A stretch of 60,429 bases of DNA, counting the filler, from Dimargaris cristalligena (lineage: Eukaryota), in assembly GCA_003614675.1 (NCBI GenBank). It is 2 parts of 2 records of this genome, joined end to end, with 100 filler letters (N's around TTAATTAATTAA, not from the genome) between each part and the next. Parts side by side here need not be neighbours in the genome. Positions count along the whole stretch, not along the records: positions 30,289 to 60,429 come from ML002465.1; 1 more part is not named here. The stretch is one strand, 5' to 3'. Below are positions 36,788 to 48,930 of the stretch, piece after piece. The notes below the pieces were generated by a model, which worked only from the letters and a program-made list of their open reading frames with translations, made no database searches and was not told the origin of the DNA. The position numbers were made by a program, and so were the translations under genes. Within the stretch, counting starts at the first letter, position 1; the number at the start of each line of letters is the position of its first letter.

Positions 36788-37347
36788 ACCAGCCCACTCG
36801 CTCTGTGACATTCATTTATTCTATTAAAACAAGCAGTGGACTACTAGTCTCCACTGCGCGAGCCCCGCTGTACATTTCGCTCTTCACTATTATCTGTACC
36901 CCACCGATTCCTATCCGAACCAATCTGCTCACGTATATTTTGCTCCCCCAGAACTGCTCATTTTTGAACAACTCTCATCACCATCGGCTAATGGTGACTA
37001 TGAATAAAGCTGCAACTTATTGGCTGCACCCCTTGATATTATTTTCTAGCCCTCTATGGTTTGGGGGCAGGGTTGGGTGCCATCAAAGACGCTTTGATTT
37101 CATATTCGATCCGAAAAAAATAAACTAAACTAAAGGAAACATTTTTATTCTATAACTACACGAAATTAATTTTATGGGTCCAAAGTGGAAGAGAAGAAGT
37201 ATAAAAGGAGACTTCCCCTCACCACCCTGGAACCCTGCTATTCTAACATTTAACACAACTAATCATAAACAATGGTTCCGGAGAGATAATGGGGGCCATG
37301 CTTGGTTGGGATTACTATGTGGACCATTCGGGTCCGACTTGGTATAA

Positions 37348-38615
37348 CTAGGTCTGCGAGTGGGACGGAGATTGGGGTTGGGATTCAGACGGGGACTGGG
37401 ATTGAGATTGAGATTCGGGTAGGGATTGAGACGGGGACTGGGACTGGGGCTGGGGCTGGGGCTGGGGCTGAGTGTCTGGGGCAGACAGGCCATCTTCCTG
37501 GTCGCTATCGTTGGCCGGCGGTGACGGGTTGCTGGGCCGGGGGGCGTGGATATCCTTCTTGCAGTCGCGGGCAATATGGCCATTCTCGCTACAGCGATAG
37601 CAGGTCTTGACGGTATCCGTCTTTTTCGGCTCCCGGCAATTACGGGCCAGGTGGCCTTGGCGACCACAATTGTAGCAAACGGCTATAGCGGCCCGGCAGT
37701 CCTTGGCGAAATGGTTAATACCCCCACAGCTATAGCACACGATGGGGCTATGCACGGGGGGTAGTAGTGGTGGTGGTGGGGGGGGTTGGTGAAGAAGAGG
37801 CGGTAGGACAGCGGAGGCATTAAGGTGACAGTTCCAGTAGGCATGGCCAACTTTGCCGCAAGTGTAGCAGCGAGGGATGGACCGGGGACGGAAGGTGGGG
37901 ACGGGCGGGAAGGGCACCAGCGGACACTCGGAACGGATGTGGCCGATGTGGTAGCAGGCGTAGCATTGCTTAGTTCCGGTGACGTGGGGGTTGGGGCAGG
38001 CGCGGGCCTGGTGGCCGGGCTGCTTACAGTTGTAGCAGAGGCGCTCCACCTGGGGACACTGGTTAGCCAGATGGCTGACTGGATCCGGCGTGTGAAAAAG
38101 AAACAGTTGTTGGACAATCACGGCTCGTTAGTAAAGTTATCGGGTCAGTGCAGATGCAAAACCCGTAGTAGCTGCTTGGGAGGCACGCCACCTCGCGCTT
38201 CCCTTTAAACGGATAGTAGTAGGCGGTATGCCTTATTGAATGTAAATGACTAGACCGGGGTGATGTCAGGGCCAGTCACCGAAACGCCCGAGCGAAGGGT
38301 GGATAATCAAGGTGAGGCTAGCTATAACCTTTACGAAAGGGAGCCCCGATCTCACTGTAGTAGTCGTAGTATCCGGGGGGTTGGACACGGAGGTGGTTTT
38401 GTAGTCCTAGAATTTCCTAATCTACACCCCTTTACTCTCCTCCCCTCCACACACACACACACCCACACCCCTGTCCCACTCGGACCACTTCTATACAAGG
38501 TAATCCAGGGCTGATGGCAGTCCCGCGGGCGGATTCCCAAATGAAATCAAGTAAAAAGGGAGTGAGTTGGCTTACCGCTTCCGCACTTGTAACATATTGG
38601 CTGTTTGCGGGACAT
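37348..38615 (-). CDS. CCHC zinc-knuckle nucleic-acid-binding protein (CNBP/Gis2/Byr3-like); exons 38615-38576 and 38078-37348
   Basis: Seven CX2CX4HX4C knuckles. The first is split by the intron (MSRKQPICYKCGS|VSHLANQC). The C-terminal tail is a Q-P/Q-S repeat. Confidence 0.88.
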
Positions 38616-40227
38616 TCCAATCCACCGGGCAGTGACCGCCAATTGGGGGTTTTTTGAGGCCTCGGGGTAGGGTTGTTAAGTTCGGAGGGCGTGGGTGATA
38701 CGGGCGAGGTCCGAGCCGATTACCCGTTGGTCCACTCTAAATCAACGATACTAGACGGATAATGGCAAGTATAGGGAGGAGGCGTAGAGCGTGACGGCGG
38801 ATGGGGGCAAAGGAGCGAGGAGAGGGGAGTGAGAGCAGCACACGAGCTGCAGCGAAACGACGAAACCAAAGTACCAGCAAGAGCAAAACGGGTTACTGGC
38901 TGGCGAGACCCGAGAATATAAGGCGGACGGCCTTCGCCACCCTCTCCTCTCCTTTCCTCTGCCTCTCAGCTGTCATTCGGTCGCCGCCACTACCGCACCA
39001 TCACCATGCAGCAGGAAAAAAACCCGGACGCTGGGCCTCATACACTCTTCCCCCTTCCACCTTCTCATCCTCCAATTACTACTCGGTCTCCTCACACACT
39101 TGACGGTAGCGGGCGCAACTATTCGCCAGCGGCTCGCGCGTTCGTCTCACTGATGCCCGGGGCGGATTGGTCCAGCGTAGGGATATGCCAGCCCAAAGCA
39201 GTGGAAGAAAGAAGGATGGGGTGTGGGTGGAATCATCATCATACTAGTTTGGGATATAGCAGTGCTAAAATGATGATGATGAAGGATGTGTGGGTAGTTG
39301 GCGTGGTGGTGTTTGGTTAATGGGGCGGCTTCCCCGAATGGAAGTGGCCAGGGGTCGCAATTGGTCTGGCGGGGGTGTAGGGGCTTATCGAGATGGTTGG
39401 TGGAAGCTGCCGGATTCGGGTCGGGCCGTTCGGTTGCCCCTTTTAGCCAGGCAGGTGGATTGTTGGAGTTCTCCTTCCGGCCGCTGTCGAAAAAAACCCC
39501 GGTTTCCAGTAGTCCGGTACCACGTGATTTGAAGTGGTTTGGGGTACCTGATTTATTACCCCTCTAACCCTCGAACTCCCTCCCCAGCTCATAGTGGTGG
39601 CGGTACCACGACAGAAGGGGGGCGAAAGCGAAAGGAGGGGGTTGCTTGATCGGGCCAATACGATCCAGGGGCTGGGGTTAGTACGGTGGTGGTGGAAGGT
39701 ATGTGTATGTGAAAATAGGGTGCGAGGCTGCTGGTCGTTTTTCCCCAGTGGGGTATAGTGGAATGCTAAGGGTCAGTCAGTAGCAGCAGTAGTAGTAGGG
39801 AAAGATTGGATAAGGGAGGAGGGGTCAAAGTATAATAATATAGTGTACGTTCCCCTCTATGGCTGGGGCGGTTTGTAATACAAGGGGTAGGAGACTATGG
39901 TTTGGCGGCCAGCCAGTCTCGTTATGGAACCGTGCTATCGATGACACCGGCAGCCCATAGACACGGAGCGATGGTCTGATGTTATATCTCTTCCTCACCA
40001 CCCAATCGCAACCCCATTGGATGGCCCCCACAGTACCCCGTCGTAGTAGTGGTATTGGGGGGGGGGGGGCTTACGTTGGGAAAGAGAGAGACAGAGGCTG
40101 CACCCTTCGCCTTTCTCTCTTATCAGTTACATGCGCTTTCTTACTTTGGCTCTGGTTATTTTGTCTTCTCCTCTCCCTTCTCTCCCCCATCTCCCGTACT
40201 TTTCCGTTCCTCCGTACAATAATAATA

Positions 40228-41676
40228 ATGGCTAGTCGTTTGGCTCGTTCGCTGCTTGGCCGCACCACTCCTGCCATGGCTCTGCGCCGGGGCCTGGTGG
40301 CCGGTCAGATGCGCCACAACTCCTCTGCTTCTGAGATCCAGGTACGCTTACGTTGAATTCCAGCCCTCCTCACCAACCCTCTAAATAACCCTAACCGTGT
40401 CTGCATGAGTCCACCTAACCTTAACTTTAACCATCCGTGCGGCCTTGGGCACCGCGGGTTGTTTCATTCTCCGACCTTCACTCTCCCTCATTGTGCCATT
40501 CCGTCGCTCGTCCCCCTCCCTTGATTTAGATGACCGTCCGTGAGGCCCTCAATTCCGCAATGGAAGAAGAAATGGAGCGCGACCCCAATGTCTTCCTTTT
40601 GGGTGAGGAGGTGGCTCAGTACAACGGCGCTTACAAGGCAAGTGCACCCTTCCCCTGATGTTGTACCGTATGGAATACCTACACCTACACTCACTCTCGT
40701 TCACCACCTCTCAGTAATCGGATTATATCTAGACGCCTATCTAACCCCACCGCGAACATTCTTGTACTGTATCCTATGGTGTGGTCTCCAGGTCTCCAAG
40801 GGTCTCTTGGACAAATTCGGTGCCCAGCGGGTCATTGATACCCCCATCACCGAAATGGGTATCGCCGGTATCGCGGTGGGGGCTGCCCTGAACGGCCTCA
40901 AGCCCATTTGCGAATTCATGACCTTCAACTTCGCCATGCAGGCCATTGATCAGATCGTCAACTCCGCCGCCAAAACCCACTACATGTCGGGTGGCCTGTT
41001 GACCTGCCCCATTGTATTCCGGGGGCCTAACGGTGCTGCCGCCGGAGTGGGTGCCCAGCACTCCCAGTGCTACGCCGCCTGGTACGGCAGCGTGCCCGGC
41101 CTCAAGGTTGTCAGCCCCTGGAACAGCGAGGATGCCAAGGGGCTCCTCAAGGCCGCCATCCGGGACCCCAACCCCGTGGTGGTGCTCGAAAACGAGCTCA
41201 TGTACGGTGTCAGCTTCCCCGTATCGGCCGAGGTTCAGTCCAGCGACTTTGTGCTGCCCATCGGCAAGGCCAAGATCGAGCGTCCCGGTACCGATATCAC
41301 CCTCGTCGCTCACTCGCGCATCGTGGGCTTTGTCATCGAGGCCGCCGAGAACCTTAAAAAGCAGGGCGTGTGCAACGCCGAGGTCATCAACCTCCGGTCC
41401 ATCCGCCCGCTCGATACCGCCACCATCGTGGAGTCGGTCAAGCGTACCAACCGCCTCATTACGGTGGAAGGCGGCTGGCCCCTGTTCGGCGTGGGCAGTG
41501 AAATTGCCGCCCAGATGATGGAGAGCGAGGCCTTTGATTACCTCGATGCCCCCGTCCAGCGTATCACCGGTGCCGATGTGCCCATGCCCTATGCCCAGAA
41601 CCTGGAAGAGCTCGCCCTACCCACCGTGCAGACCATTGAAAACGCCATCAAGCGCACCCTCAACATCAAGAAATAG
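40228..41676 (+). CDS. PDB1: Pyruvate dehydrogenase E1 beta subunit, mitochondrial; exons 40228-40341, 40530-40637, 40792-41676
   Basis: Arg-rich presequence, [47 protein letters not shown] and [17 protein letters not shown]. The second intron has a GCAAGT donor. Confidence 0.97.
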
Positions 41677-42857
41677 ATACGTCGCCGCCGATCTATATTT
41701 AATGGCCGCCGTAGTTTCCTCCCAGGAATGTGTGTTGGCTGAGTGGTACCAGTGGTGATGGTGGTGGCCACGCTATATATGCGGAGCCCCCTCCCTGCTA
41801 TTATTGACCTCTACGTACGTATATATGCGCGCATACACACATAGACCGACTTTTATAATATATAAATACCCCTTCTGTTCGCATTCGGGAGCATCCCTCG
41901 CTTGTTTATTAGCTGCGGCTCCTGTTCCCCCAACTCAGTCGATATAAAATCCATTTTATTTAAACGTCGGTTCAAGCGAGTGCCATTGTGCATGGTTTGG
42001 TATGGTATGTAGTATCGTCTTCCCGAGATGCCGATATGGTTGTAAAGCAGTCCCACCGAGTGGTGGTGTATATCGTAGGCGACCCCGGTGCGAACCGTGC
42101 GGGCAGGGGGGGGGGGTTTGAAAACCAATCGCGCGTGAGCATGAGAGACGGCGGGCTTTTGGTATACATAGAGGCCAAAGGTGGGCCATAGGACGATGAG
42201 ATGTCTCCCCCACTATCAACTATTCCTTGCTGCCTTTGTATTTGGCGGCCCCAATGGCCTGTTTAGTAGGACACTGGTGGACTTTTGAGTTCCAAGACGG
42301 TGCCGCATTCCCTCCTAATTAACTAAACCCACAGTCACTACTACTATTATAATTGCTCGCTGCCCATTGTCTCCGACTATGTGTATGTGCATACAGGTGT
42401 AATGGCTTTTTTCTCTCTCTTTTAAAGCTGGTGCACCCCCCTTTTTTTGGTTCTCTAATATCCCTCGCCTTTGTTTCTCCTTTCCTCCTCCTATGGTGAG
42501 TGGCTCGCAGTTCTCCCTTTGCACACCTTTTACCCTACCATTCCACCCACATCAGCTGCAACCCTTAAGGCCCAACGTACGATCCACGAAGCTCTTCCTG
42601 GTCTTTCCGTGTCTGTTCGGGCTCCCAAATCAAATCAAATCATCCCTTTCCTCACCTCACTCCAGCACACTTCCATCCACCTGACATTATTCCGCTGGTC
42701 CAGCGCCGAGTGTCACCCGTCCCCACTCCCAGTACCGCCGAGGTCCCTATGCCTTCTCCCCCTCCCAGATGACCATTGTATTTGAGTCACCCATTCCGTA
42801 TTCCCGTAGTTATACCCGCCTTTTCACCGGACCCACTCTCCCTACCCCTTAGCCACC

Positions 42858-44318
42858 ATGTCAAAGTCCCCGTCTCGGACATCCACGACGACCCACTACC
42901 CGCCGCCGGGCGCCATTGCGGAAGCTCCAGCCCCGTCGTCCCACTCATTCCGGACCAATCTGCTCATCAACGCCTCCCTTATATTCATTTGGTATTGCTT
43001 TTCCACCGGCCTGTCCCTCTACAACAAATGGCTTTTCGGCAAGTCCCAAATGGACTTTTCCTTCCCGTTGTTTACCAGCGGTCTCCACATGCTCATCCAA
43101 TTTATTCTGGCTGGGGCTATTATGCTGTGCCTGCCTGGCCAGCGCCCGCGCCAGACGCCGTCCATACGGGACTATTTTACCAAAGTGCTGCCGTGCGCCG
43201 TCGCCACCGGCTTGGATATCGGCCTCTCCAACCTCAGTCTGCGGAATATTACCCTGTCCTTCTACACCATGTGCAAATCGTCGTCGCTGGCCTTTGTTCT
43301 CCTGTTCGCCTTTATGTTTGGCCTCGAAACCCTCCGGCTGAGTCTCATTGGGATCATTGCCATGATTTCCGTGGGGGTGCTTCTCATGGCCGCCTCCGAG
43401 GTCGAGTTTGTCATGGCCGGGTTTGTCCAGGTGATGCTCGCTGCCGCCATGAGTGGGCTCCGCTGGTCCCTCACCCAAATTCTGCTCCAAGATGCCAGCA
43501 TCGGCATCAATACACCCGTGGCCTCCATGTTTTTCCTGTCCCCCCTCATGGCCCTCTGCCTGTTTACGGGCGCCGTGTTCAGCGAGGACCTACACGCGAT
43601 TTCCGATAGCTCTGTCTTTACGTCGGGGGCCCTGGCCACCCAAATGTCGTTTATCATTTTCCTGGGCGGAGTGCTAGCCACCCTCATGGTTACCGCCGAA
43701 TACCAGCTAATTTCCCGCACCTCTGTGGTGACCCTTTCCGTCGCCGGCATCTTCAAAGAAGTGGTCACCATTATTTTGTCCACCGTCACGTTTAAGGACA
43801 AACTGACCCCGCTCAACCTGGTTGGCCTGGCCATCACGCTCCTGGGGATCGGGATCTACAAGTGGATTAAGCTGCGTAAGATGCATCAGGAAAGCCAGGG
43901 ACTGGACCGCGATTACAAGGCCGTGGCAAGCGATCACCCGGACGCCCTGGATGAGTACCCCCCTGGTTCCCTATCGTCTACCCGAGTCTCCTCCACCAGC
44001 ATGTCCATGGGGGACCTTCTGCCCACCACAGGTTCCCGTCGTATCCACCAGGCGGGAATGTTCCCCGTCTCCGACGACCCCACAGACGCTGACGACCTGC
44101 GCTCCACCAGTGCGGAGTTACCTTTGTTTGCGGAACCCCACGCACCATTCAACCGGTCCCTCACTACGGATTCACGCCCCTCCCGCTTCCGCTCCTTTGT
44201 ATCCAGTCAGAGTCGCGGTATCAACGGGTTTGTCCCTTTATCCAATCGAGAATCAGCCCCAGAGTCGTCGCTCAAGGTGTTTGAGTACTTGGATGAGGGG
44301 CCCAGACGCCAGCCTTGA
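42858..44318 (+). CDS. Triose-phosphate/nucleotide-sugar transporter family (SLC35C2/Ymd8-like), 486 aa
   Basis: WYCFSTGLSLYNKWLF, ATGLDIGLSNLSL..ITLSFYTMCKSS, SGLRWSLTQILL and TLSVAGIFKE, with about 10 TM segments. Confidence 0.9.
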   Translation: MSKSPSRTSTTTHYPPPGAIAEAPAPSSHSFRTNLLINASLIFIWYCFSTGLSLYNKWLFGKSQMDFSFPLFTSGLHMLIQFILAGAIMLCLPGQRPRQTPSIRDYFTKVLPCAVATGLDIGLSNLSLRNITLSFYTMCKSSSLAFVLLFAFMFGLETLRLSLIGIIAMISVGVLLMAASEVEFVMAGFVQVMLAAAMSGLRWSLTQILLQDASIGINTPVASMFFLSPLMALCLFTGAVFSEDLHAISDSSVFTSGALATQMSFIIFLGGVLATLMVTAEYQLISRTSVVTLSVAGIFKEVVTIILSTVTFKDKLTPLNLVGLAITLLGIGIYKWIKLRKMHQESQGLDRDYKAVASDHPDALDEYPPGSLSSTRVSSTSMSMGDLLPTTGSRRIHQAGMFPVSDDPTDADDLRSTSAELPLFAEPHAPFNRSLTTDSRPSRFRSFVSSQSRGINGFVPLSNRESAPESSLKVFEYLDEGPRRQP

Positions 44319-46227
44319 ATTTACCCGACTTGGTCGACTCCGCCTTTTATGGCAGGGGTGCATGGGGAAGAGCGACACTTCTTTTTTTTTTCGTTTTCCT
44401 ATACCAAGGGGGGTCTACGGGGCTCACTCGGTTGAATCGACTGGCTCCATTAGTTCGGTTAGCGTGAGGACGATACTTTATTCCAACTATTATAGCACAC
44501 GGTTTCGATTAGAAGGAGTTTGTGCAAATGTATTTTTATAACCACTCTTTTGTATTTTTGATCTTTTTTCCTTTACGTTGATTTTCGTTTCGTCAATCGG
44601 TTTGCATGGCGCAACGCATGTCTGTTCCTATTTGGTTAGAAATCAACCCAATATCTAGCAGCTCACACCCGCTTCTTATATTTTTTTTCTAAGTTAAAAA
44701 AACCCCATTCAGCTTCATATTCTATTATAAAGTTGATTTGGATGATTTGGTTTGGCCTCTCCTCCTGCTCCCTGGGCCGCGGGGTTGGTTTTATGGATAG
44801 CACGGCCCCTGGGTTTGATCTGATTTAGTTGGCTCAATGGACGCACATGCCACTGTCCCAAATCAGCGAGTTAGCTGAGGGGGGAACTTCACGGGCTAGA
44901 AAACCGTGGATCACGAATATCCAAGCGGGCGGGGGCACGCCATCGCGACGACTGCTTATGTTCGACTGGAAGCGGAATTGGTGGACGCCAAAAGGGCAAG
45001 TTAGTAATAAAGTGTTTTTTTAGTCGGGGGTTGAGTTTGAACGCACAGCTGGCCCGTCCAACCGAATCCCCCTGGCCTAACAGACGATATAAGTGGTCCG
45101 TGATTTCGCCATTGCTTATTTAAATAGGGAGTGCCTCCCTTTGGCCCATATATTAGGCATGTCAATATTTCTTGCCGTATCCTTCTCCCTGATTCCTCTG
45201 TTCAGTCCCTTCCCAACTCAGGGCGATGAGCTCATTTTGGACCAATCCCTTTGCTTAACACCGGCATGTCGCCATCGCTCATCGAAGTGGTCGTCGCTCC
45301 CTTTTATATTATTAAGTCGCCTTGGGTTTTCTCCCTCGCTCGCCATGGGGGATCAATCAATTTATAGACCACTTTCTCCAGGTGGCCAATCGTCCAAGGA
45401 GCATGGATCCTATTAATTGGCCAGGGGTTCGTTCAATTGGCCCCGGGAAATGGGTGGGAGGCCCAAAGCAGTCGTCGACAAGGCTAATGCGTAGCGTGTG
45501 TGTCCCTCCCTCCTCCTCCTCCTCCTCCTTTCTTATCACCAGGGTAAACGCAGTCGGTTGGTTGGTGTCATCTTACCCCCCTTCATTTCAGTGGGCCAGC
45601 CAATCTACCGTTCTTTGCCTCGGATGAGAAATCGCAGCGCCATCACCCAGCATGGTGGCGCCTTCCTGCCGCTCGCCGATTTGCTGCCGGTTAACGACAG
45701 AGGACTCCCGGCCCCCGGTGGAGTCGAATAACTGGTGCGGACTTATTTCGATTTGACCAATGGCCTGGAGGCTCGATGTCTTGGCTCCAATGGACGGTAA
45801 GAAGGTCGATGTATATACTGGCCGGTCATTTATTTCCACATGGCTGTGCGGCATCCGTAAGCCAAATAATATCTACCTGCCTTAAATCTGGCTTGGTCCA
45901 AGGGGTATTGGGCCCCGGGGACCCACTGCTCCAACCACTATCAGCCGCAATCTAGGTTTTTTTTTTCGGATTTAGCAACCTGGGGCCGTTGGTGTAGAGG
46001 TGATGGGTCCACAGGTACAGGGAGAAGGGGGCGGGGGCCAGCTTTATAACATCAGGTATAAATACCACACTTTACCTCGGCCGCTTCGAAAAGTACACCT
46101 CATAGCCATTGCCCACTCATCTTTGGGACCATCGTCTACCACATCTTGTGATTACGTTGCCTAGTTATATCATCTAATCTACCCCTGCTAATTCTTCGCG
46201 TACCTAATTTATATTTTTATTTTGGCC

Positions 46228-47733
46228 ATGGCTACTCTCACCACTAAATCCCTCGAGGCGGGTGATGCCTCCGACTACACCCACCACTACGGCGAAAAGC
46301 ACGGGGAAACGGCCACCCCGAGTATCACCTCGGAATTCTCGGACCAGGACACCAAAAGGCTAGTCCGCAAAATCGACCTCCACCTACTCCCCATCCTGTG
46401 TATTCTCTACGTGTGCTGTTCCCTGGATCGGTCCAATATCGGTAACGCCAAATTGTTCGGCCTGGAGGCCGACCTCAACTTATCGCAGAGCGACTACTCA
46501 TGGGCCCTCTCCATCTTCTACATTGGCTACGTGATCTTTGAGATTCCGTCCAACATGATGATTAAGCGTATCCGGCCGTCCACCTGGCTCTCGGTACTGG
46601 TTCTCGGGTGGGGAACCATCTGCATGTGTATGGCGGCCAACTCCGGGGCTCCGTCGCTGCTTGTCCTGCGGTTTTTGCTGGGGGTGGCCGAGGCCGGCTT
46701 CTTCCCTGGGGTGGTGTATTTCTTCTCGTTCTGGTACAGCGGCACGGAGATTGCGACTCGGGTGGCCATCTTCTACGGGTCGTCGTCGATTGCCGGGGCC
46801 TCGGGCGGGCTTATTGCGTACGGAATTGGGCACATGGACGGTCGCGCCGGGCTGGATGCCTGGCGGTGGCTCTTTTTAATTGAGGGGATGCCGACCATAG
46901 TGATGGGTTTAGTGGTCTACTTCTTCCTGGCCGATGGCCCATTGTTCGCCCCGTGGCTCAACGACACTGAACGGACCCATGCCATCCAACGGCTGGAGCG
47001 TAACAAATTCACCGAAACCAATATCCACGCCATCGACTGGCAGGAAGTACGCGACGGTTTCAAGGACTATCGTATCTATTTGCTAGCGCTCAACCACATT
47101 GCGCTGGTGGTGCCCGCCTATTCCATGTCGTTTTTGCTACCTACGGTGATCAAGGGCCTGGGTTATGACACGCTCGAGTCGCAGCTGCTCACGGTCCCCC
47201 TGTACGCCTTCTCCGCCATGGTGACGGTAGGGGCGGCCATTAGCTCGGATCGGCGCCGGGAGCGGTCTACCCACATTGCGCTGGTCTCGGCCATGGGAGT
47301 GTTGGGCTTTTTGCTGGTGACGTTCCTCGAGAATACGGTGGCCAAGTACGTGCTGCTTCTGCTAGCCCTGGCCGGGTCCAATGCCACGGCGGCCATTAAT
47401 CTGGCCTGGGCCAGTAACAATACGCTGGGTAAGACCAAGCAGGGTATCAGCTCGGGTCTGATCCTGATGGTCGGCAACGCAGGAGGTATCATCTCGGGGC
47501 AAATGTATCGCAACTCCGAGGCGCCCCGCTACGTGGGCAGTCACATGGGCAACACCGGGTGCCTGGCCCTGATGGTGGTGCTGAGCCTGTTCATGCGCTG
47601 GATCCTGACCCGGGACAACCGCCGGTTGGACGCCTTTGTGCGGGAAGCGGAGGCAGACCCCACCCTGTGGCACGATACGTCACGGGTGCCCAAGGTGCTA
47701 CAGCTCGACCGCAATTTCCGGTACACTTTGTAA
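46228..47733 (+). CDS. MFS transporter, anion:cation symporter (Dal5/Tna1-like) family, ~501 aa
   Basis: LVRKIDLHLLP, LDRSNIGNAK, FEIPSN, RFLLGVAEAGFFPG, WRWLFLIEG and C-terminal FRYTL. First ATG is at 46228. Confidence 0.92.
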   Translation: MATLTTKSLEAGDASDYTHHYGEKHGETATPSITSEFSDQDTKRLVRKIDLHLLPILCILYVCCSLDRSNIGNAKLFGLEADLNLSQSDYSWALSIFYIGYVIFEIPSNMMIKRIRPSTWLSVLVLGWGTICMCMAANSGAPSLLVLRFLLGVAEAGFFPGVVYFFSFWYSGTEIATRVAIFYGSSSIAGASGGLIAYGIGHMDGRAGLDAWRWLFLIEGMPTIVMGLVVYFFLADGPLFAPWLNDTERTHAIQRLERNKFTETNIHAIDWQEVRDGFKDYRIYLLALNHIALVVPAYSMSFLLPTVIKGLGYDTLESQLLTVPLYAFSAMVTVGAAISSDRRRERSTHIALVSAMGVLGFLLVTFLENTVAKYVLLLLALAGSNATAAINLAWASNNTLGKTKQGISSGLILMVGNAGGIISGQMYRNSEAPRYVGSHMGNTGCLALMVVLSLFMRWILTRDNRRLDAFVREAEADPTLWHDTSRVPKVLQLDRNFRYTL

Positions 47734-48609
47734 ATAGCCCTTCGAACCGCAGATTAGTGATTCTCTCTCTCTCTCTCTTTTCTCTTTAGCTAGCCAGTGC
47801 TTGGGTTTTCGACACCTAATTATCATTCTATAGTTTCTTTTTGACGAATAAAAACACACGGACGTTTTCACTTATTTTATGGAAGCGAGTGGAGAGGGTG
47901 GGTGGGGGGGCATAGTGGCCTAGTGCTTCTGCAAGGCAGAGTAGGGAGGCACTCACTGATCATAATAATATGGAGGGCGGGAGTTTGATTTTTCCGTATA
48001 CCGAGACCGACCGACCACCTAGCCTGATGATGTCCATTGCCAAATAAAGCGCTGTGTGGGTGGGGGAATCAGTTGGAATGTATGGGAGCGGATGGAGGGT
48101 TCTGATCCTAATGATTGTCCCTTTCCAAAGACTGGAAATGGGGGGATCGAACGTTCTGTTATTATGCCCTTACCTTGGCTGCATTGAATGGGGGAAATGA
48201 ATGTGAGTGGTGGTGGTGGTGTTGCGGCGGCAGGGGAACGTGCCGACTTCCAAAGAGAAGGTTCGTGGGGGAGGGTTTGCGTAACGGCTGTGGCTATCTT
48301 GCGGCCCCTGGCGCGGGCGATGGGAACGCGGAGGGAAACAATGGCGTAGGGCGTATAGAGAGAGAGAGAGAGAGAGAGATAGAGTGTGTGAGAGGGGGAT
48401 GGAATAAGGAAGCCGCATGCCCTTTCTATTGGAGAAGATCTCCACCCCCCCTTCTATCCTCACCAGTACAGAGCCAAACGGCGGCGATCCTCGCTAATTG
48501 GCGCAACACTGGTTTTACTTACCGCCAGCCAGAGAATGGCACTAAAGAAGGGGGAAGACTGAGTCCGGCCTATTGTTCTTCCACCCCCACATTGCCCTCT
48601 AACAGACCC

Positions 48610-48663
48610 CCTTAACCCTCTTTCTATATGCGCATACCTTAACCCTCTCTATATATGCGCATA
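48610..48663. repeat. Two-copy 27-bp tandem repeat upstream of PMC1
   Basis: CCTTAACCCTCTTTCTATATGCGCATA followed directly by CCTTAACCCTCTCTATATATGCGCATA. Confidence 0.85.
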
Positions 48664-48930
48664 CCGCTTCCGCTGCCCGGGTCTAGGTTTTCACTGGGGT
48701 TTATGTTTATCCACCCGTTCGGCCTTCTCTGGTTCTCTTGTTCTCTCTTCATTCTTTTATTATTATTGTCTTTATTACTTGTGTAGCGCTAGTATTCGGC
48801 CCCTAGCTACTAGAACCTCTCCCCCCTTCCTTGTTTGGTGGTGTAAGGACCCGTTGTTTCACTCCTTGCTCTTCGTTTCTCCCCTCTAAACCCCTTTCTT
48901 TCCGTTTCTCTTGCCACTCCCCCCCTCGCC

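Noticed and set aside
44400-46220. TPP riboswitch upstream of the MFS transporter
   Set aside because: No CTGAGA / TGATC..GATAAT..GCG core was found on either strand.
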